The notes under the pieces were generated by a model. The model was not told the DNA's origin. It made no database searches and saw nothing but the letters and a program-made list of their open reading frames with translations. From Terriglobia bacterium (lineage in GTDB: Bacteria > Acidobacteriota > Terriglobia > 20CM-2-55-15), in assembly GCA_965198225.1 (NCBI GenBank), contig CBDAOY010000009.1, positions 128,001 through 192,000 on the forward strand: a DNA stretch of 64,000 nt, given 5' to 3'. Below are positions 1-10,238 of the stretch, piece by piece. The position numbers were made by a program, and so were the translations under genes. Numbering within the stretch: the stretch's first letter is position 1; each line of letters begins with the position of its first letter.

Positions 1-205
<205 letters not shown>

Positions 206-330
206 CGTTGCGCTTCCTTTTCCTTGTCTGCTTCTCTATCCTCGTTCGCCTATCCCCGGTTCCGGCCTTCTCGAAAACGTTGGCCGGTGCCCGTTATCCG
301 TTGGCGGTGGCGCTGGTCCGATACTCTTCG

Positions 331-356
331 CTGGCCACTGATCACTCACCACTACA
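331..356. repeat. Heptamer tandem repeat (CTGRYCA-like)
   Basis: ctggcca ctgatca ctcacca ctacac. Confidence 0.6.
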
Positions 357-359
357 CAG

Positions 360-432
360 AGCGGGAGACGGGATTCGAACCCGCGACCAACGGCTTGGAA
401 GGCCGTGACTCTAGCCTCTGAGTTACTCCCGC
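360..432 (-). tRNA. tRNA-Gly (TCC)
   Basis: GCGGGAGTAACTCAG...CCTTCCAAGCC...GGTTCGAATCCCGTCTCCCGCT cloverleaf. Confidence 0.95.
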
Positions 433-435
433 CGA

Positions 436-511
<76 letters not shown>

Positions 512-560
512 CACGTAGCTTGCAGCTATCATCGGTCAGATTTCGGCTCTTGGCTCCTTG

Positions 561-588
561 GCTGACAGCTAACAGCTGATCGCTGATC
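561..588. repeat. Heptamer tandem repeat (GCTGAYM)x4
   Basis: gctgaca gctaaca gctgatc gctgatc. Confidence 0.7.
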
Positions 589-639
589 CACTTCGACGGA
601 GGGTCGCCCCCGCACCTCGCATCGAATCGCTCCCCCGAA

Positions 640-725
640 TGGACAGGGGAGGATTCGAACCTCCGTAGCCCGCAAGGAGCGCCAGATTTACAGTCTGGTG
701 CGTTTAACCACTCCGCCACCTGTCC
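640..725 (-). tRNA. tRNA-Tyr (GTA)
   Basis: GGACAGGTGGCGGAGTGGTTAAACGCACCAGACTGTAAATCTGG, long variable arm, GGTTCGAATCC. Confidence 0.96.
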
Positions 726-731
726 TCTAGG

Positions 732-804
732 AGCTGGCGAAGGGAGTCGAACCCCCGACCTGCTGATTACAAATCAGCTGCTCTACCAACTGAGCTACGC
801 CAGC
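732..804 (-). tRNA. tRNA-Thr (TGT)
   Basis: GCTGGCGTAGCTCAGTTGGTAGAGCAGCTGATTTGTAATCAGC...GGTTCGACTCC. Confidence 0.96.
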
Positions 805-872
805 GTTGACAAACTTAAAAATGTAGCACAGCCGGAGTCGCGTTTCAACGATTTCAAGAGGTTGGGCCCTTT

Positions 873-1619
873 TCAGGGTTGATTTTCGACTTCCCAGGAC
901 CGTCGTTGCCGCACAACTTCGTAGAGGGCCAGTCCGGCGGCCACCGACAGGTTCAGCGATTCGATGCGGCCCAGCATCGGAAAACGGATCAGAGCATCGC
1001 ATGTCTCCCGCACGAGGCGCCTGATTCCACGGTGTTCCGCTCCCAGCACCAGGGCTACCGGAACGGTGAAATCGAACTCCGTCCACGTGATCTCAGCAAC
1101 CGGGTCGACACCGACGACCCAGATTCCGCGCTTCTTGGCGTCCCTAATTGCTGAAACCAGGTTTCGAACGCGGGCGATGGGAAGGTGATCGACGGCTCCC
1201 GCAGACGCCCGGGCAACAGCCGTCGACAGCGGGGCCGTCCGGCGATCGCTGAGGACGAGACCTGACGCTCCGGAGGCCTCGGCGGTCCGGATGACCGCTC
1301 CAAGGTTTTGTGGATCCTGGACTTCATCCAGCATCACCAGGAGCGCATTGGGGGCGGCGACGAGGTCCTCCAGCGACCGGTAGGGCACGACTCCGGTAAT
1401 GGCGACGACCCCCTGGTGGGGTTGTCCTCCCGGAACCAGCCGATCCAGGATGGTCCGCGGCTCGCGGCGAACAGGAATCCCTCGCTCACGCGCAAGTTCG
1501 AAAATCCGTTGGAGTTTTGCCCCCCCGGACTCCCGAGCGACGTAAATGCGATCGAGCGAGCGAGAGCCGGACTGTAGGGCCTCATAGACCGGATGGATGC
1601 CGATAATCTCTTCATCCAT
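873..1619 (-). CDS. rlmB: 23S rRNA (Gm2251) 2'-O-methyltransferase, SPOUT family
   Basis: DEVQDPQNLGAVIRTAEA, LVLGAEHRG and ESLNLSVAAG SPOUT motifs; N-terminal PHQGVVA. Confidence 0.93.
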   Translation of the reverse strand: MDEEIIGIHPVYEALQSGSRSLDRIYVARESGGAKLQRIFELARERGIPVRREPRTILDRLVPGGQPHQGVVAITGVVPYRSLEDLVAAPNALLVMLDEVQDPQNLGAVIRTAEASGASGLVLSDRRTAPLSTAVARASAGAVDHLPIARVRNLVSAIRDAKKRGIWVVGVDPVAEITWTEFDFTVPVALVLGAEHRGIRRLVRETCDALIRFPMLGRIESLNLSVAAGLALYEVVRQRRSWEVENQP

Positions 1620-3096
1620 AACGGGAAACGAACTCCTCCACGCGCTGCCGGCACCCCAAAACGCTGGACACTCCCAGCCGGGAAGCCGTTTCGACGAGGG
1701 GAATCAGCTTATCCAGCTCCGGACCCGACGAGCGACCCGTCAGCGCGACACGAAGCGGACGGAATAACTGGCGGCCTTTCCTCCCCGTCGCCTTCTTGAG
1801 TTTCCCCACGATCTCGCGGAAGTCCTCGAACGTCAGGTGATCGCGCTGTTTCAGCTCCTCGCCGAAGAGACGAATCAGTTCGATGGCGCCGCCATCCGCG
1901 ACGACGTCGGAGAAGTCGCCGGCCTCATCGACGGGAAATGCCAACGCCGAGTCCAGGGCGGCAGGCAACTTGCTGACGACATCGACGCCTCCGATGAGCG
2001 TATCGACAACAACCCGCACCCATTCGTCCTGTTCCGATTCAGGAAGCTTGCCTTCGGCCCCCAGCGCGTCCCGGACCAGCGGAATGGTCTTCGAGCTTTG
2101 TTTCAGGTACTGACGGTTTATGAAGTTCAGCTTGCCGGTGTCGAAGACCGCGGGGTTCTTGTTGACGCGATCCAACCGAAACTCGTCAACCAGCCGCCCT
2201 GGAGGTACGATTTCGCTGCCTTCGGCGCCCGGTGACCAGCCCAGCAGCGCGATGTAGTTCATCAACGCTTCGGGCAGGTAGCCTGCCTCCCGAAACTGGG
2301 CCGCCGAGGTCGCGCCATGCCTCTTGCTTAACCGGGTCTGGTCCGGCCCGAGAATCGTCGACAGGTGAGCAAAATGCGGCGTCGGCCGACCGAGCGCTTC
2401 ATAGATCAACACCTGCTTCGGCGTGTTGGACAGGTGGTCGTCTCCCCTGATGACATGGGAAATCTCCATCAGCGCGTCATCGACGACCACGGCGTAGTTG
2501 TAAGTCGGGCTTCCGTTTGACCGGAGAATTATGGGATCGCTGATGACCTCGCTCGAAAACCGCATGTGGCCATGAACGAGGTCGTCGAACAGGATGGGGC
2601 CCTTTCGGACCTTCAACCGCATCACCGACGGCTCCGAGGCGGCGAGTCGACGCTTCACTTCTTCGAGTGCCAGGTCGTGACAGGTGCCTGGATACGTCCA
2701 CGACATGCCGGCCCGTTTCGCCTCCTCGGCTTGGCGCGTCAGGTCTTCCTCGCGACAGAAGCAGGGAAAAGCCCTCCCCGCGTCCCGAAGCCGGCCGGCA
2801 TGTTCCCGGTAGAGATCGAACCGCTCCGATTGGCGATATGGGCCATACGGACCGCCGACGTCGGGCCCCTCGTCCCAGTCCATTCCGAACCAACGCAGAT
2901 CCCGGTAGATAAGCTCCTCGAACCGGCGTTCGGACCGTTCGGCGTCGGTGTCCTCGATCCGCAGAACAAACCCGCCCCCGGACTGCCGAGCAAACAGCCA
3001 GGCAAAAAGACCCGTCCTGAGGTTGCCGACATGGAGCAGACCGGTTGGACTGGGCGCGTAGCGAACGCGAATGTTCTCTGGATTGGGAGCGCTCAT
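1612..3096 (-). CDS. gltX: Glutamate--tRNA ligase (paralog 1)
   Basis: RYAPSPTGLLHVGN (HIGH), LRIEDTD, IRGDDHLSNTPKQ, RLSKRHG (KMSKS), C-terminal anticodon-binding domain; start moved to ATG 3096. Confidence 0.95.
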   Translation of the reverse strand: MSAPNPENIRVRYAPSPTGLLHVGNLRTGLFAWLFARQSGGGFVLRIEDTDAERSERRFEELIYRDLRWFGMDWDEGPDVGGPYGPYRQSERFDLYREHAGRLRDAGRAFPCFCREEDLTRQAEEAKRAGMSWTYPGTCHDLALEEVKRRLAASEPSVMRLKVRKGPILFDDLVHGHMRFSSEVISDPIILRSNGSPTYNYAVVVDDALMEISHVIRGDDHLSNTPKQVLIYEALGRPTPHFAHLSTILGPDQTRLSKRHGATSAAQFREAGYLPEALMNYIALLGWSPGAEGSEIVPPGRLVDEFRLDRVNKNPAVFDTGKLNFINRQYLKQSSKTIPLVRDALGAEGKLPESEQDEWVRVVVDTLIGGVDVVSKLPAALDSALAFPVDEAGDFSDVVADGGAIELIRLFGEELKQRDHLTFEDFREIVGKLKKATGRKGRQLFRPLRVALTGRSSGPELDKLIPLVETASRLGVSSVLGCRQRVEEFVSRYG

Positions 3097-3103
3097 GCGA
3101 GCA

Positions 3104-3583
3104 TCAATCCATGAACACGAGCGCCACGGCCTGAGCCGCGATTGCCTGTTCGGTGCCAACCTCGCCGAGCCGTTCCATGGTCTTGGCTTTCACGTGAACC
3201 GAGTCTGCGGGTACCTCGAGTACCCCGGCTATCTTTGCCTGCATCGATGGAAAGTAGGGGAGCAGTCTGGGCCGCTCGGCCAGGATGTTGGAATCGATGT
3301 TCCCTATTTCATAGCCCTTGTGCCGGACCAACTCAGCCGTGTCACGCAACAATTCGGTGCTGGCAATGCCCTTGAAACGGGAGTCGGTGTCGGGAAACTT
3401 CTCTCCGATATTACCCAGCCCGCAAGCCCCAAGCAGGGCGTCGGTGATGGCATGCAGAAGCACGTCGCCGTCCGAGTGCCCGACAAGTCCCTTCTCGTGG
3501 GGAATCTCCACTCCACCGAGCATGAGCTTGCCATCGGCTTCGAGACGATGCATGTCGAAACCGATTCCGATGCGGAATTTCAC
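3104..3583 (-). CDS. ispF: 2-C-methyl-D-erythritol 2,4-cyclodiphosphate synthase
   Basis: RIGIGFDMH, GHSDGDVLLHAITDALLGA, VKAKTME. Confidence 0.97.
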   Translation of the reverse strand: MKFRIGIGFDMHRLEADGKLMLGGVEIPHEKGLVGHSDGDVLLHAITDALLGACGLGNIGEKFPDTDSRFKGIASTELLRDTAELVRHKGYEIGNIDSNILAERPRLLPYFPSMQAKIAGVLEVPADSVHVKAKTMERLGEVGTEQAIAAQAVALVFMD

Positions 3584-4275
3584 TCGACCGGTTCCCGCTC
3601 TTCGTCGAGAAGGAATCTTGCCAGGGAGAGATCGGTGGGCCTCGTGATCTTGATGTTGCGGTCTGAGCCGCGCACGACGGACACGGGACGGCCGAGCCGC
3701 TCGACCAGGCTGGCTTCGTCCGTACCGTAGTATCCATCCTTGCGTGCGGCATCGAAAGCTTCACGCAGCACATCTGTTCGGAAGGCCTGCGGCGTCTGCG
3801 CCAGTACGAGGTGCTCGCGCCTCAAGGTTGATTTGACGGAGTCTCGCTGGACCTCCTTGACGGTGTCGGTGATCGGTATGGCAAGAATCGCGGCACCGCT
3901 GCGGTCGGCTTCCGCCACGACCTCCTCGATCTCGTCCAGGCTGACGAACGGTCGGACCCCGTCGTGCACGACGACGATTTCGGTGTCCGAATCGAGCTGC
4001 CGCATCGCCATTCCGACGGAGTCCTGACGGCGCTCACCTCCTTCTATGGCGGTGATGGGTTTCTCGAGACTCGCGCCCGCAACCAACTCACGCACCTCTT
4101 CGACGGCCTCCCGTGGGGCGGCGATAACGATGTGATCGATGCGTCTCGAGGCGTCGAACTTGCGAAGCGTCGACACGAGTATGGGGACGCCGTCCAGGAC
4201 TAGAAACTGTTTGGGCCTGTCGGCTTTCATCCGGCGGCCGGCGCCGGCCGCCGCGATAATGGCACCTGTTTTCAT
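3580..4275 (-). CDS. ispD: 2-C-methyl-D-erythritol 4-phosphate cytidylyltransferase
   Basis: AAGAGRRM..PKQFL, GGERRQDSV, VHDGVRPF, QTPQAF, NIKITRP. Confidence 0.97.
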   Translation of the reverse strand: MKTGAIIAAAGAGRRMKADRPKQFLVLDGVPILVSTLRKFDASRRIDHIVIAAPREAVEEVRELVAGASLEKPITAIEGGERRQDSVGMAMRQLDSDTEIVVVHDGVRPFVSLDEIEEVVAEADRSGAAILAIPITDTVKEVQRDSVKSTLRREHLVLAQTPQAFRTDVLREAFDAARKDGYYGTDEASLVERLGRPVSVVRGSDRNIKITRPTDLSLARFLLDEEREPVE

Positions 4276-4415
4276 ATGATAGCGCTCCTCGGCACGGGTA
4301 TCTCTCCCAACGAGATCTCCTTCATCGAGGATCGAGCGTCTCTGAAGAAGTAGTCAGTAGTCAGTTAGAGGAATATAGCTCTTACTCGTCAGACAACCGG
4401 TCACTCATCACTGAC

Positions 4416-5573
4416 TTATTTCGCGTGGACGCCCGTCTGCTGATGTTTCGCCGATCGGTCAGGCCGGTCCGAACGGTCGCGACCACCGCGGTCGTCGCGA
4501 GGCGGTTGATGGTCTCGCTTCTCTTCGTAGCGGCCAAAGATCATCTTTCCCGCCGTCGTCTGTAGGACACTCGTCACGGAAGAGTCGACCGTCTTGCCGA
4601 TCATCTTGCGCGCATTGTCCACGACGACCATCGTTCCGTCATCCAGGTACGCAATACCCTGGTTGAACTCCTTGCCCTCTTTCAGGATGAAAACCTTCAT
4701 GACTTCGCCAGGCAGATAGACGGGCTTCAAGGCATTCGCCAGTTCGTTGATGTTCAATACTTCGACGCCGCGTAGCTGAGCCACCTTGTTCAGGTTGAAG
4801 TCATTCGTGACGATCTTCGCGTCCATCTCCTTCGCCAGTTCGATCAGTTTCATGTCGACTTCGCGAATCTGGGGATAATCGTTCTCGACAAACTGAACCG
4901 TGATACCCGACATCTTCTGTATTCGCTGCAGGATGTCCAGGCCCCGCCGGCCCCTGTTGCGTTTCAGGCTGTCGGCGGAGTCCGCCACCTGCTGAAGCTC
5001 CCTGAGGACGAAGTGGGGTATAACCAGGACTCCGTCCAGGAACCCGGTCTCGCAAATGTCGGCAATCCGCCCGTCGATGATGACGCTGGTGTCCAGGATC
5101 TTGTAGTCGCGTTTCGGCGGGCGCTCCGCTCCGAAGATGCCCCCCAGTGCGGAGAGGTTGAGTAGGTCCCCTTTGTTGGCACCGACGACCAGACCGACAT
5201 AGACCATGAGGAACAGGACGAAGATTTTTACGAACGATAGCGAACTCTCATCGAATGTGGTCTGGGTCAGTAACTCGCCGATCATGCTTGCGCCGACGAT
5301 TCCCAGAATCGAACCGAAGGCGGCGCCGATGAGGCGTTTGAGCGAGGCACGACGGACGCGATGCTCGAAGTAAATGATCCCGAGCGCGCTGGCAAGCCCT
5401 ATAAGAAGTGTATATGGACCGGAAAGTCCAAAAGGACGAATAAAGTAGGCGGCCACCATCAACGTTGCGGCGAAGATCATCCGGACCACGATGATGTCGA
5501 TCAGGAAGTTCTCTTCCTTGCCGGATACGTTTGGCGCCCCTTCTGGTAACGATGTGTTCTGGTATTGTTCCAT
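4416..5573 (-). CDS. Membrane PIN/TRAM-domain protein (YacL family)
   Basis: N-terminal TM helices, ILDTSVIIDGRI PIN motif, TNDFNLNKVA, TRAM tail LQTTAGKMIF; conserved position between radA and ispD. Confidence 0.92.
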   Translation of the reverse strand: MEQYQNTSLPEGAPNVSGKEENFLIDIIVVRMIFAATLMVAAYFIRPFGLSGPYTLLIGLASALGIIYFEHRVRRASLKRLIGAAFGSILGIVGASMIGELLTQTTFDESSLSFVKIFVLFLMVYVGLVVGANKGDLLNLSALGGIFGAERPPKRDYKILDTSVIIDGRIADICETGFLDGVLVIPHFVLRELQQVADSADSLKRNRGRRGLDILQRIQKMSGITVQFVENDYPQIREVDMKLIELAKEMDAKIVTNDFNLNKVAQLRGVEVLNINELANALKPVYLPGEVMKVFILKEGKEFNQGIAYLDDGTMVVVDNARKMIGKTVDSSVTSVLQTTAGKMIFGRYEEKRDHQPPRDDRGGRDRSDRPDRSAKHQQTGVHAK

Positions 5574-5635
5574 ATGGCACCTAACTTTCTATCTACGAAT
5601 GTACAAAAAAGCTAAAATCCACCGCATGCGATTAT

Positions 5636-5654
5636 AAATTATTGATATCAATAA
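5636..5654. promoter_or_regulatory. AT-rich perfect palindrome TTATTGATATCAATAA overlapping an IHF-consensus match, upstream of the PIN/TRAM-ispDF genes
   Basis: 16-bp palindrome at 5639-5654; TAAATTATTGATA fits YAA-N4-TTGAT-W. Confidence 0.4.
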
Positions 5655-5768
5655 GAATAGCTAATAGTTGTCGGTAGTCAGTTGTCAGCGAAATCGTGGT
5701 GACTCTGGTGTCGGTCGCCTGGTTAAAGCGAGTTTTCCAGGCGGGAGTGGCAGGCGGGTTCGTTGCCT

Positions 5769-7142
5769 CTATTGGCTGCTGGCCACGGACAACTGGTTCT
5801 GCCCGAAAAGGGCCTCGACCGCCTCGTGCAGGTTGTCTACCGGAAGGGGGTCGAAACTGCTCAGACGCTCCGAAACGGTCTGGCGCGGAGTCACACCTTC
5901 ACTAAAACCAAGCGCCTTCGCCTCTTTGAGTCTAATCTCCGGGTACAGGCAGGATCGAACCTCGCCCCCGAGACCGACCTCACCGAAGACGATGGTGGAT
6001 GAAGGGATGGGCCGGTTCAAGTAGCTCGAGACTATCGCCGCCACGATCGCCAGGTCGGCAGCAGGTTCGTCGATCTCCAGACCGCCGACGACGTTCAGGT
6101 AGATGTCCTGGTCCCAGAGGTTGATCCCGAGCCGCTTTTCGATGACGGCCGACAGCAGGGCCAGGCGCTGGGGATCCACTCCCGTCGTCAGCCTCCGGGG
6201 TGTCCCGAAGTGGGTCCGGGACACCAGCGCTTGCAGCTCGACCAAAAGGGGTCTGGACCCCTCTACGCAACAGGCGATGGCTGAACCGGCGTCGGGTCCG
6301 TTTCTCGGCGACAGGAACAGCCCAGATGGGTTCTCGACGGGGCGCAGTCCGTTGGCGCCCATCTCGAAGATGCCGAGTTCGTTTGCCGGACCGAAGCGAT
6401 TCTTGATCGTGCGCACGATGCGGTGCGGGTGCTGGCGGGGACCTTCGAAATAAAGGACCGTATCGACGATGTGCTCCAGTGCCTTGGGTCCGGCGAGAGA
6501 ACCCTCCTTCGTGATGTGCCCGATCAGGAAAACGGGCACATGGCGTTTCTTGGTCCAGAAGAGGAATTGCGAAGCAACCTCCCGCACCTGGCCTATGCTG
6601 CCCGGAGCCATATCCAGCTTCTCGCTGAAGGTCGTCTGGATCGAATCGATCACTACGGCGCCGACGGCGAGTTCCTCGGCCATCGCGAGAATACGCTCGA
6701 CCGACATCTCGGAATAGATGTGCAGATCCCGTGTTTCGACCTGTAGTCGCTCACCCCGCAGCTTGATCTGCCCGGGAGACTCTTCGCCGGACGCGTACAA
6801 CACCGGGTGGACTGCTGCCAGATGCGAGGCTACGTCGAGCATCAGCGTGGACTTCCCCACCCCGGGATCGCCCCCGAGCAGTGTCAGGGCGCCGGCGACC
6901 ACGCCTCCGCCCAGCACTCTGTCGAATTCGACGATTCCCGTCGGAACCCGGGGTGCGTCCTCCACATCGAGCTCGTCAAACCGGACTGGGCTGGAGTCGG
7001 GCGCCGGTCTCGACACGGATGACTGAGGTGTCGCGCGCTCCTCGACCAACGTGTTCCACTCCTGGCAGGCCGGGCACCGGCCGACCCATTTGGGGGAAAC
7101 GTAGCCACACTGCTGGCATGCGAACTGGGTCTTTGACTTCAT
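5769..7142 (-). CDS. radA: DNA repair protein RadA/Sms
   Basis: C4 zinc finger CQQCG...CPAC, GGDPGVGKST Walker A, KNRFG motif, Lon-like C-terminus; start at MKSKTQF. Confidence 0.97.
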   Translation of the reverse strand: MKSKTQFACQQCGYVSPKWVGRCPACQEWNTLVEERATPQSSVSRPAPDSSPVRFDELDVEDAPRVPTGIVEFDRVLGGGVVAGALTLLGGDPGVGKSTLMLDVASHLAAVHPVLYASGEESPGQIKLRGERLQVETRDLHIYSEMSVERILAMAEELAVGAVVIDSIQTTFSEKLDMAPGSIGQVREVASQFLFWTKKRHVPVFLIGHITKEGSLAGPKALEHIVDTVLYFEGPRQHPHRIVRTIKNRFGPANELGIFEMGANGLRPVENPSGLFLSPRNGPDAGSAIACCVEGSRPLLVELQALVSRTHFGTPRRLTTGVDPQRLALLSAVIEKRLGINLWDQDIYLNVVGGLEIDEPAADLAIVAAIVSSYLNRPIPSSTIVFGEVGLGGEVRSCLYPEIRLKEAKALGFSEGVTPRQTVSERLSSFDPLPVDNLHEAVEALFGQNQLSVASSQ

Positions 7143-7257
7143 GCTACGGGAAGTGGCCAGTGGCCAGAAAGGGAAAATGGCCCGCCTTGGCTCTGACCAC
7201 TCGCCACTGACCACCATTATTGCGGACAGGAGGGCCGGGAAGGGTCCGGGCGTCAGA

Positions 7258-8598
7258 CTATCTCTCTTCGAACAGGGTCTGGAACCGCGTGTATTGGTGC
7301 TGGAACACGAGCTTCACGGTGCCGATCGGCCCGTTCCGCTGTTTGGAGATCATCAATTCGGCGAGGCCGGCATTCTCTTCCGACGGCTTGTAGACTTCCT
7401 CGCGGTAGATGAACGCCACCAGATCGGCATCCTGTTCGATCGATCCCGACTCCCGCAGGTCCGACAGCTGAGGTCGGTGATCACTACCGGCGCGTTGTTC
7501 CGGCGCCCGGCTCAACTGCGACAACGCCAGAACAGGGACGTGGAGCTCCTTGGCAAGAGCCTTCAAACCACGCGAAATACTGGAAATCTCCTGGTTGCGG
7601 TTCTCGTACCGACCGTAGCCCGACATCAACTGCATGTAGTCGACGACGAGCAGACCGAGGCCGTGCTCCGCCTTGAGGCGACGCGCCTTCGCGCGCATCT
7701 GCATGATTGTCAGCGCGGATGAATCATCGATGAAGATCGGCGCGCTGGCGATCCGTCCCAGAGAGTCAATCAGCTTCCCGAAATCATCCTTGGAAAGGTA
7801 GCCCGTTCGGACACGGTGGGCGTCCACCGTCGCCTCGGAACACAGAACACGCATCAGCAGTTGCTCTTTCGACATCTCCAGGCTGAAGATTCCGACCGGC
7901 TCACCCTTTTCGAGGGCTACGTGCTCGGCGATATTGAGCGCCATCGCAGTCTTGCCCATCGAGGGACGGGCCGCCAGGATCACCAGATCGGAGGCCTGCA
8001 GGCCGGAGGTCATCCGGTCAAAATCGTTGAAACCGGTTGCCATTCCAGTGATCATCTCCCGTTCGGTGTACAGCTTCTCGAGGAGATGGTGCGCGTCGAC
8101 CTCCAGGTCCTTAACGGCAACCAGCCCAGATTGGATTCGCTTCTCGGACAACTCGAACAGCGCCTGCTCGGCGCGATCGAGTACCTCCTCGGCGGGTTCG
8201 GCTTGTTCGAAACACTCGCTCATAATCCTGTTCGTCGAGTGGATCATCTGTCGGAAGAGCGACTTCTCGCGGATGATCTGCACATAGTGTTCGATGTTGA
8301 CCAGATGCGGTATCCCGTCCAACAGACTGGCCAGATAGGCGATGCCGCCGGAAGCTTCCAGCAGATTGGACCGATTCAATTCATCCTGGAGGGTAATCAG
8401 ATCGACAGCTTTGGAGGCATCCACAATCTCGGTCATCTGCCGGAAAATGACGCGATGAGCCTGAAGATAAAGATCTTCCTGACGGAGGTTCTCGATGACG
8501 GCGTAGTAGTTTTCGTTGTTGACCAGGATGGCCCCAAGGACCGATTTCTCAGCGTCGACGTTGTGAGGTAACGGACGTTCTATCGCTTCTCGGGCCAT
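7258..8598 (-). CDS. dnaB: Replicative DNA helicase
   Basis: AARPSMGKT, VVDYMQLM, LSQLSR, SDLRESGSIEQDAD, KQRNGP; no intein. Confidence 0.98.
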   Translation of the reverse strand: MAREAIERPLPHNVDAEKSVLGAILVNNENYYAVIENLRQEDLYLQAHRVIFRQMTEIVDASKAVDLITLQDELNRSNLLEASGGIAYLASLLDGIPHLVNIEHYVQIIREKSLFRQMIHSTNRIMSECFEQAEPAEEVLDRAEQALFELSEKRIQSGLVAVKDLEVDAHHLLEKLYTEREMITGMATGFNDFDRMTSGLQASDLVILAARPSMGKTAMALNIAEHVALEKGEPVGIFSLEMSKEQLLMRVLCSEATVDAHRVRTGYLSKDDFGKLIDSLGRIASAPIFIDDSSALTIMQMRAKARRLKAEHGLGLLVVDYMQLMSGYGRYENRNQEISSISRGLKALAKELHVPVLALSQLSRAPEQRAGSDHRPQLSDLRESGSIEQDADLVAFIYREEVYKPSEENAGLAELMISKQRNGPIGTVKLVFQHQYTRFQTLFEER

Positions 8599-8635
8599 GG
8601 CGCTGACAAAGGATAATCAGACGAGAAAAAGCGGG

Positions 8636-8679
8636 CAACAACAAAAGCCAGAAGCACCATCGTCAGGGGCTTCTGGCTT
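8636..8679 (-). terminator. Intrinsic terminator of the rpsF-rpsR-rplI transcript
   Basis: Minus strand AAGCCAGAAGC...GCTTCTGGCTT stem followed by TTGTTGTT. Confidence 0.6.
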
Positions 8680-8707
8680 CCGGTCATAAGGTCGCGGACT
8701 GCGGATT

Positions 8708-8984
8708 CTAGTGACCTGTAACAGTGCTATCGGTACCAGCGTTCGGCGGAACGGCGTCGGATTCTAGGAGTGACGCCCGAGCCAATGCTGTTTCATTGCG
8801 AGGGCGTTACGACACCGAAGACGGCGCCGCTCCGCCGAACCCTTCGGGCCGATGGGGGTTGCGGGCGATCTCTTTGTCGGAAGCCGTCACCGATGAAAGA
8901 GCATCGCTTTCCGTCTCCCTCCTCGACCTCGCCCGCAAGACCCATCGGCGATGGTGCCGATAGCACTGTTACAGGCCACTCTAG
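8708..8984. mobile_element. MITE family M, copy A (IS630-like ends)
   Basis: ~29-bp TIRs AGTGACCTGTAACAGTGCTATCGGTACCA / TGGTGCCGATAGCACTGTTACAGGCCACT, CTAG on both sides; homologous to 33714-33987 and 38443-38925 in opposite orientation. Confidence 0.85.
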
Positions 8985-8989
8985 GACTC

Positions 8990-9514
8990 TTATCCGGCGT
9001 CGGCAGGCCCGGACGCTTCCTTTTCGGTTTCGTTCTCGGATTCGGGAGGGGTGTTCTCGGATTCCTGCTCGCCCTCGGCCTCGACGCGCAGTTTGATCTC
9101 GGCGACCACGTCCCGGAACAGCCGGATCGGAATGTCGAACTCACCCAACTTCTTGATGTGTTCGTCAAGAACGATCTTACGTTTGTCGATGCTAAAGCCC
9201 TTCTTCTCCAATTCCTCTGCAACGTCGGAGGTGGTTACGGAGCCGTAAAGCGCATCGTGCTCACCGACCTTGCGAGAGACGGAAACCTCCACGCCGTTGA
9301 TCAACTCCAGCAGCTTCTCCGCCTCGTCCTTGAGTTTCGTCTCGCGGCGTACAGTGTTGCTGCGTTCCTGCTCGATGATCTTTAAATTACTCGGAGTGGC
9401 GACGTAGGCCAGTTTCTTGGGCAGCAGGTAGTTCCGGGCGTAGCCGGCCTTGACCTGGACCACCTCACCGGCCCCACCGAGCTTGTCGATAGACTCTCTC
9501 AGGATAATTTCCAT
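8990..9514 (-). CDS. rplI: 50S ribosomal protein L9
   Basis: MEIILRES..KLGGAGEVVQVKAGYARNYLLP, LYGSVT; start at ATG 9514; acidic C-terminal tail. Confidence 0.97.
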   Translation of the reverse strand: MEIILRESIDKLGGAGEVVQVKAGYARNYLLPKKLAYVATPSNLKIIEQERSNTVRRETKLKDEAEKLLELINGVEVSVSRKVGEHDALYGSVTTSDVAEELEKKGFSIDKRKIVLDEHIKKLGEFDIPIRLFRDVVAEIKLRVEAEGEQESENTPPESENETEKEASGPADAG

Positions 9515-9546
9515 TAGACTTCTCCGGCGCCGTTCAATCGCCCGCC

Positions 9547-9774
9547 CTAATCCATCGTGTAGGGAAGCAGGGCAATACTGCGTGCTTTCTTGATCGCGTC
9601 GTTCAACTGACGCTGGTGGGGAGTACAGACCCCTGAAATCCGGCGCGGCAAAATCTTCGCGCGCTCGGGGATGAACTGGGAAATCAGCTTCACGTCCTTG
9701 TAGTTGATCGAATCGATCTTCTCGACGCAAAACTTACAGACTTTCCGTCGCCGGTAATACTGTTTGTGGGCCAC
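9547..9774 (-). CDS. rpsR: 30S ribosomal protein S18 (Zn-binding form)
   Basis: RRKVCKFC...INYKDV...[14 protein letters not shown]...AIKKAR. Confidence 0.97.
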   Translation of the reverse strand: MAHKQYYRRRKVCKFCVEKIDSINYKDVKLISQFIPERAKILPRRISGVCTPHQRQLNDAIKKARSIALLPYTMD

Positions 9775-9790
9775 TTAAGTAATCTCTCCT

Positions 9791-10180
9791 TCAATTGGTG
9801 GGCGAGGATTCCGCGGGAGTGGCCGGCCGATTGGTCACGCGGCGGGCAGCCTTCCTCTCGCGTTCGGCACGAACCTTGTCGAGTTTTTTCTGCTCTTCGT
9901 CAATACGCACCGTCAGGTACCGCAAGACCTGGTCCATGACCCGGAATCGCCGCTCGACTTCTTTGATGATGTCCCCGTTTGCTCCCACCGTGAGCAGGAC
10001 GTAGAAGCCCTCTCTCTTCTTGTCGATCTCATAAGCAAGCTTGCGGCGGCCCATCTTCTCGATCTGCTCCACCTCGCCACCACCGTCGGTAACGACGCCT
10101 TCTACCTGAGAAGTGATCTGGTCGACCGCGTCCTCAGGAACGTTCGGGTCGACGATAAACATGATTTCGTACTTTCGCAT
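9791..10180 (-). CDS. rpsF: 30S ribosomal protein S6
   Basis: MRKYEIMFIVDP...GRRKLAYEI.K..EGFY. Confidence 0.97.
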   Translation of the reverse strand: MRKYEIMFIVDPNVPEDAVDQITSQVEGVVTDGGGEVEQIEKMGRRKLAYEIDKKREGFYVLLTVGANGDIIKEVERRFRVMDQVLRYLTVRIDEEQKKLDKVRAERERKAARRVTNRPATPAESSPTN

Positions 10181-10238
10181 TAGATCTACCTAAAGATATT
10201 TGAAGTCTGCTGTAGCCCTCAGCTTGATCCTCAAAGGA

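Noticed and set aside
5642-5652. FNR box
   Set aside because: TTGAT and ATCAA are directly adjacent, without the required 4-bp spacer
8702-8767. CGGATTCTAG occurs both in the flank and inside copy A, suggesting self-encoded target recognition
   Set aside because: Copies B and C do not have this flank; could be chance or insertion into an older copy
8708-8984. Family M as an IS110/IS1111 bridge-RNA element (CT on both flanks, two variable loops)
   Set aside because: Copy B is flanked by TA rather than CT, the repeats are terminal, no loop-to-flank complementarity was evident by eye, and no recombinase gene is in the window
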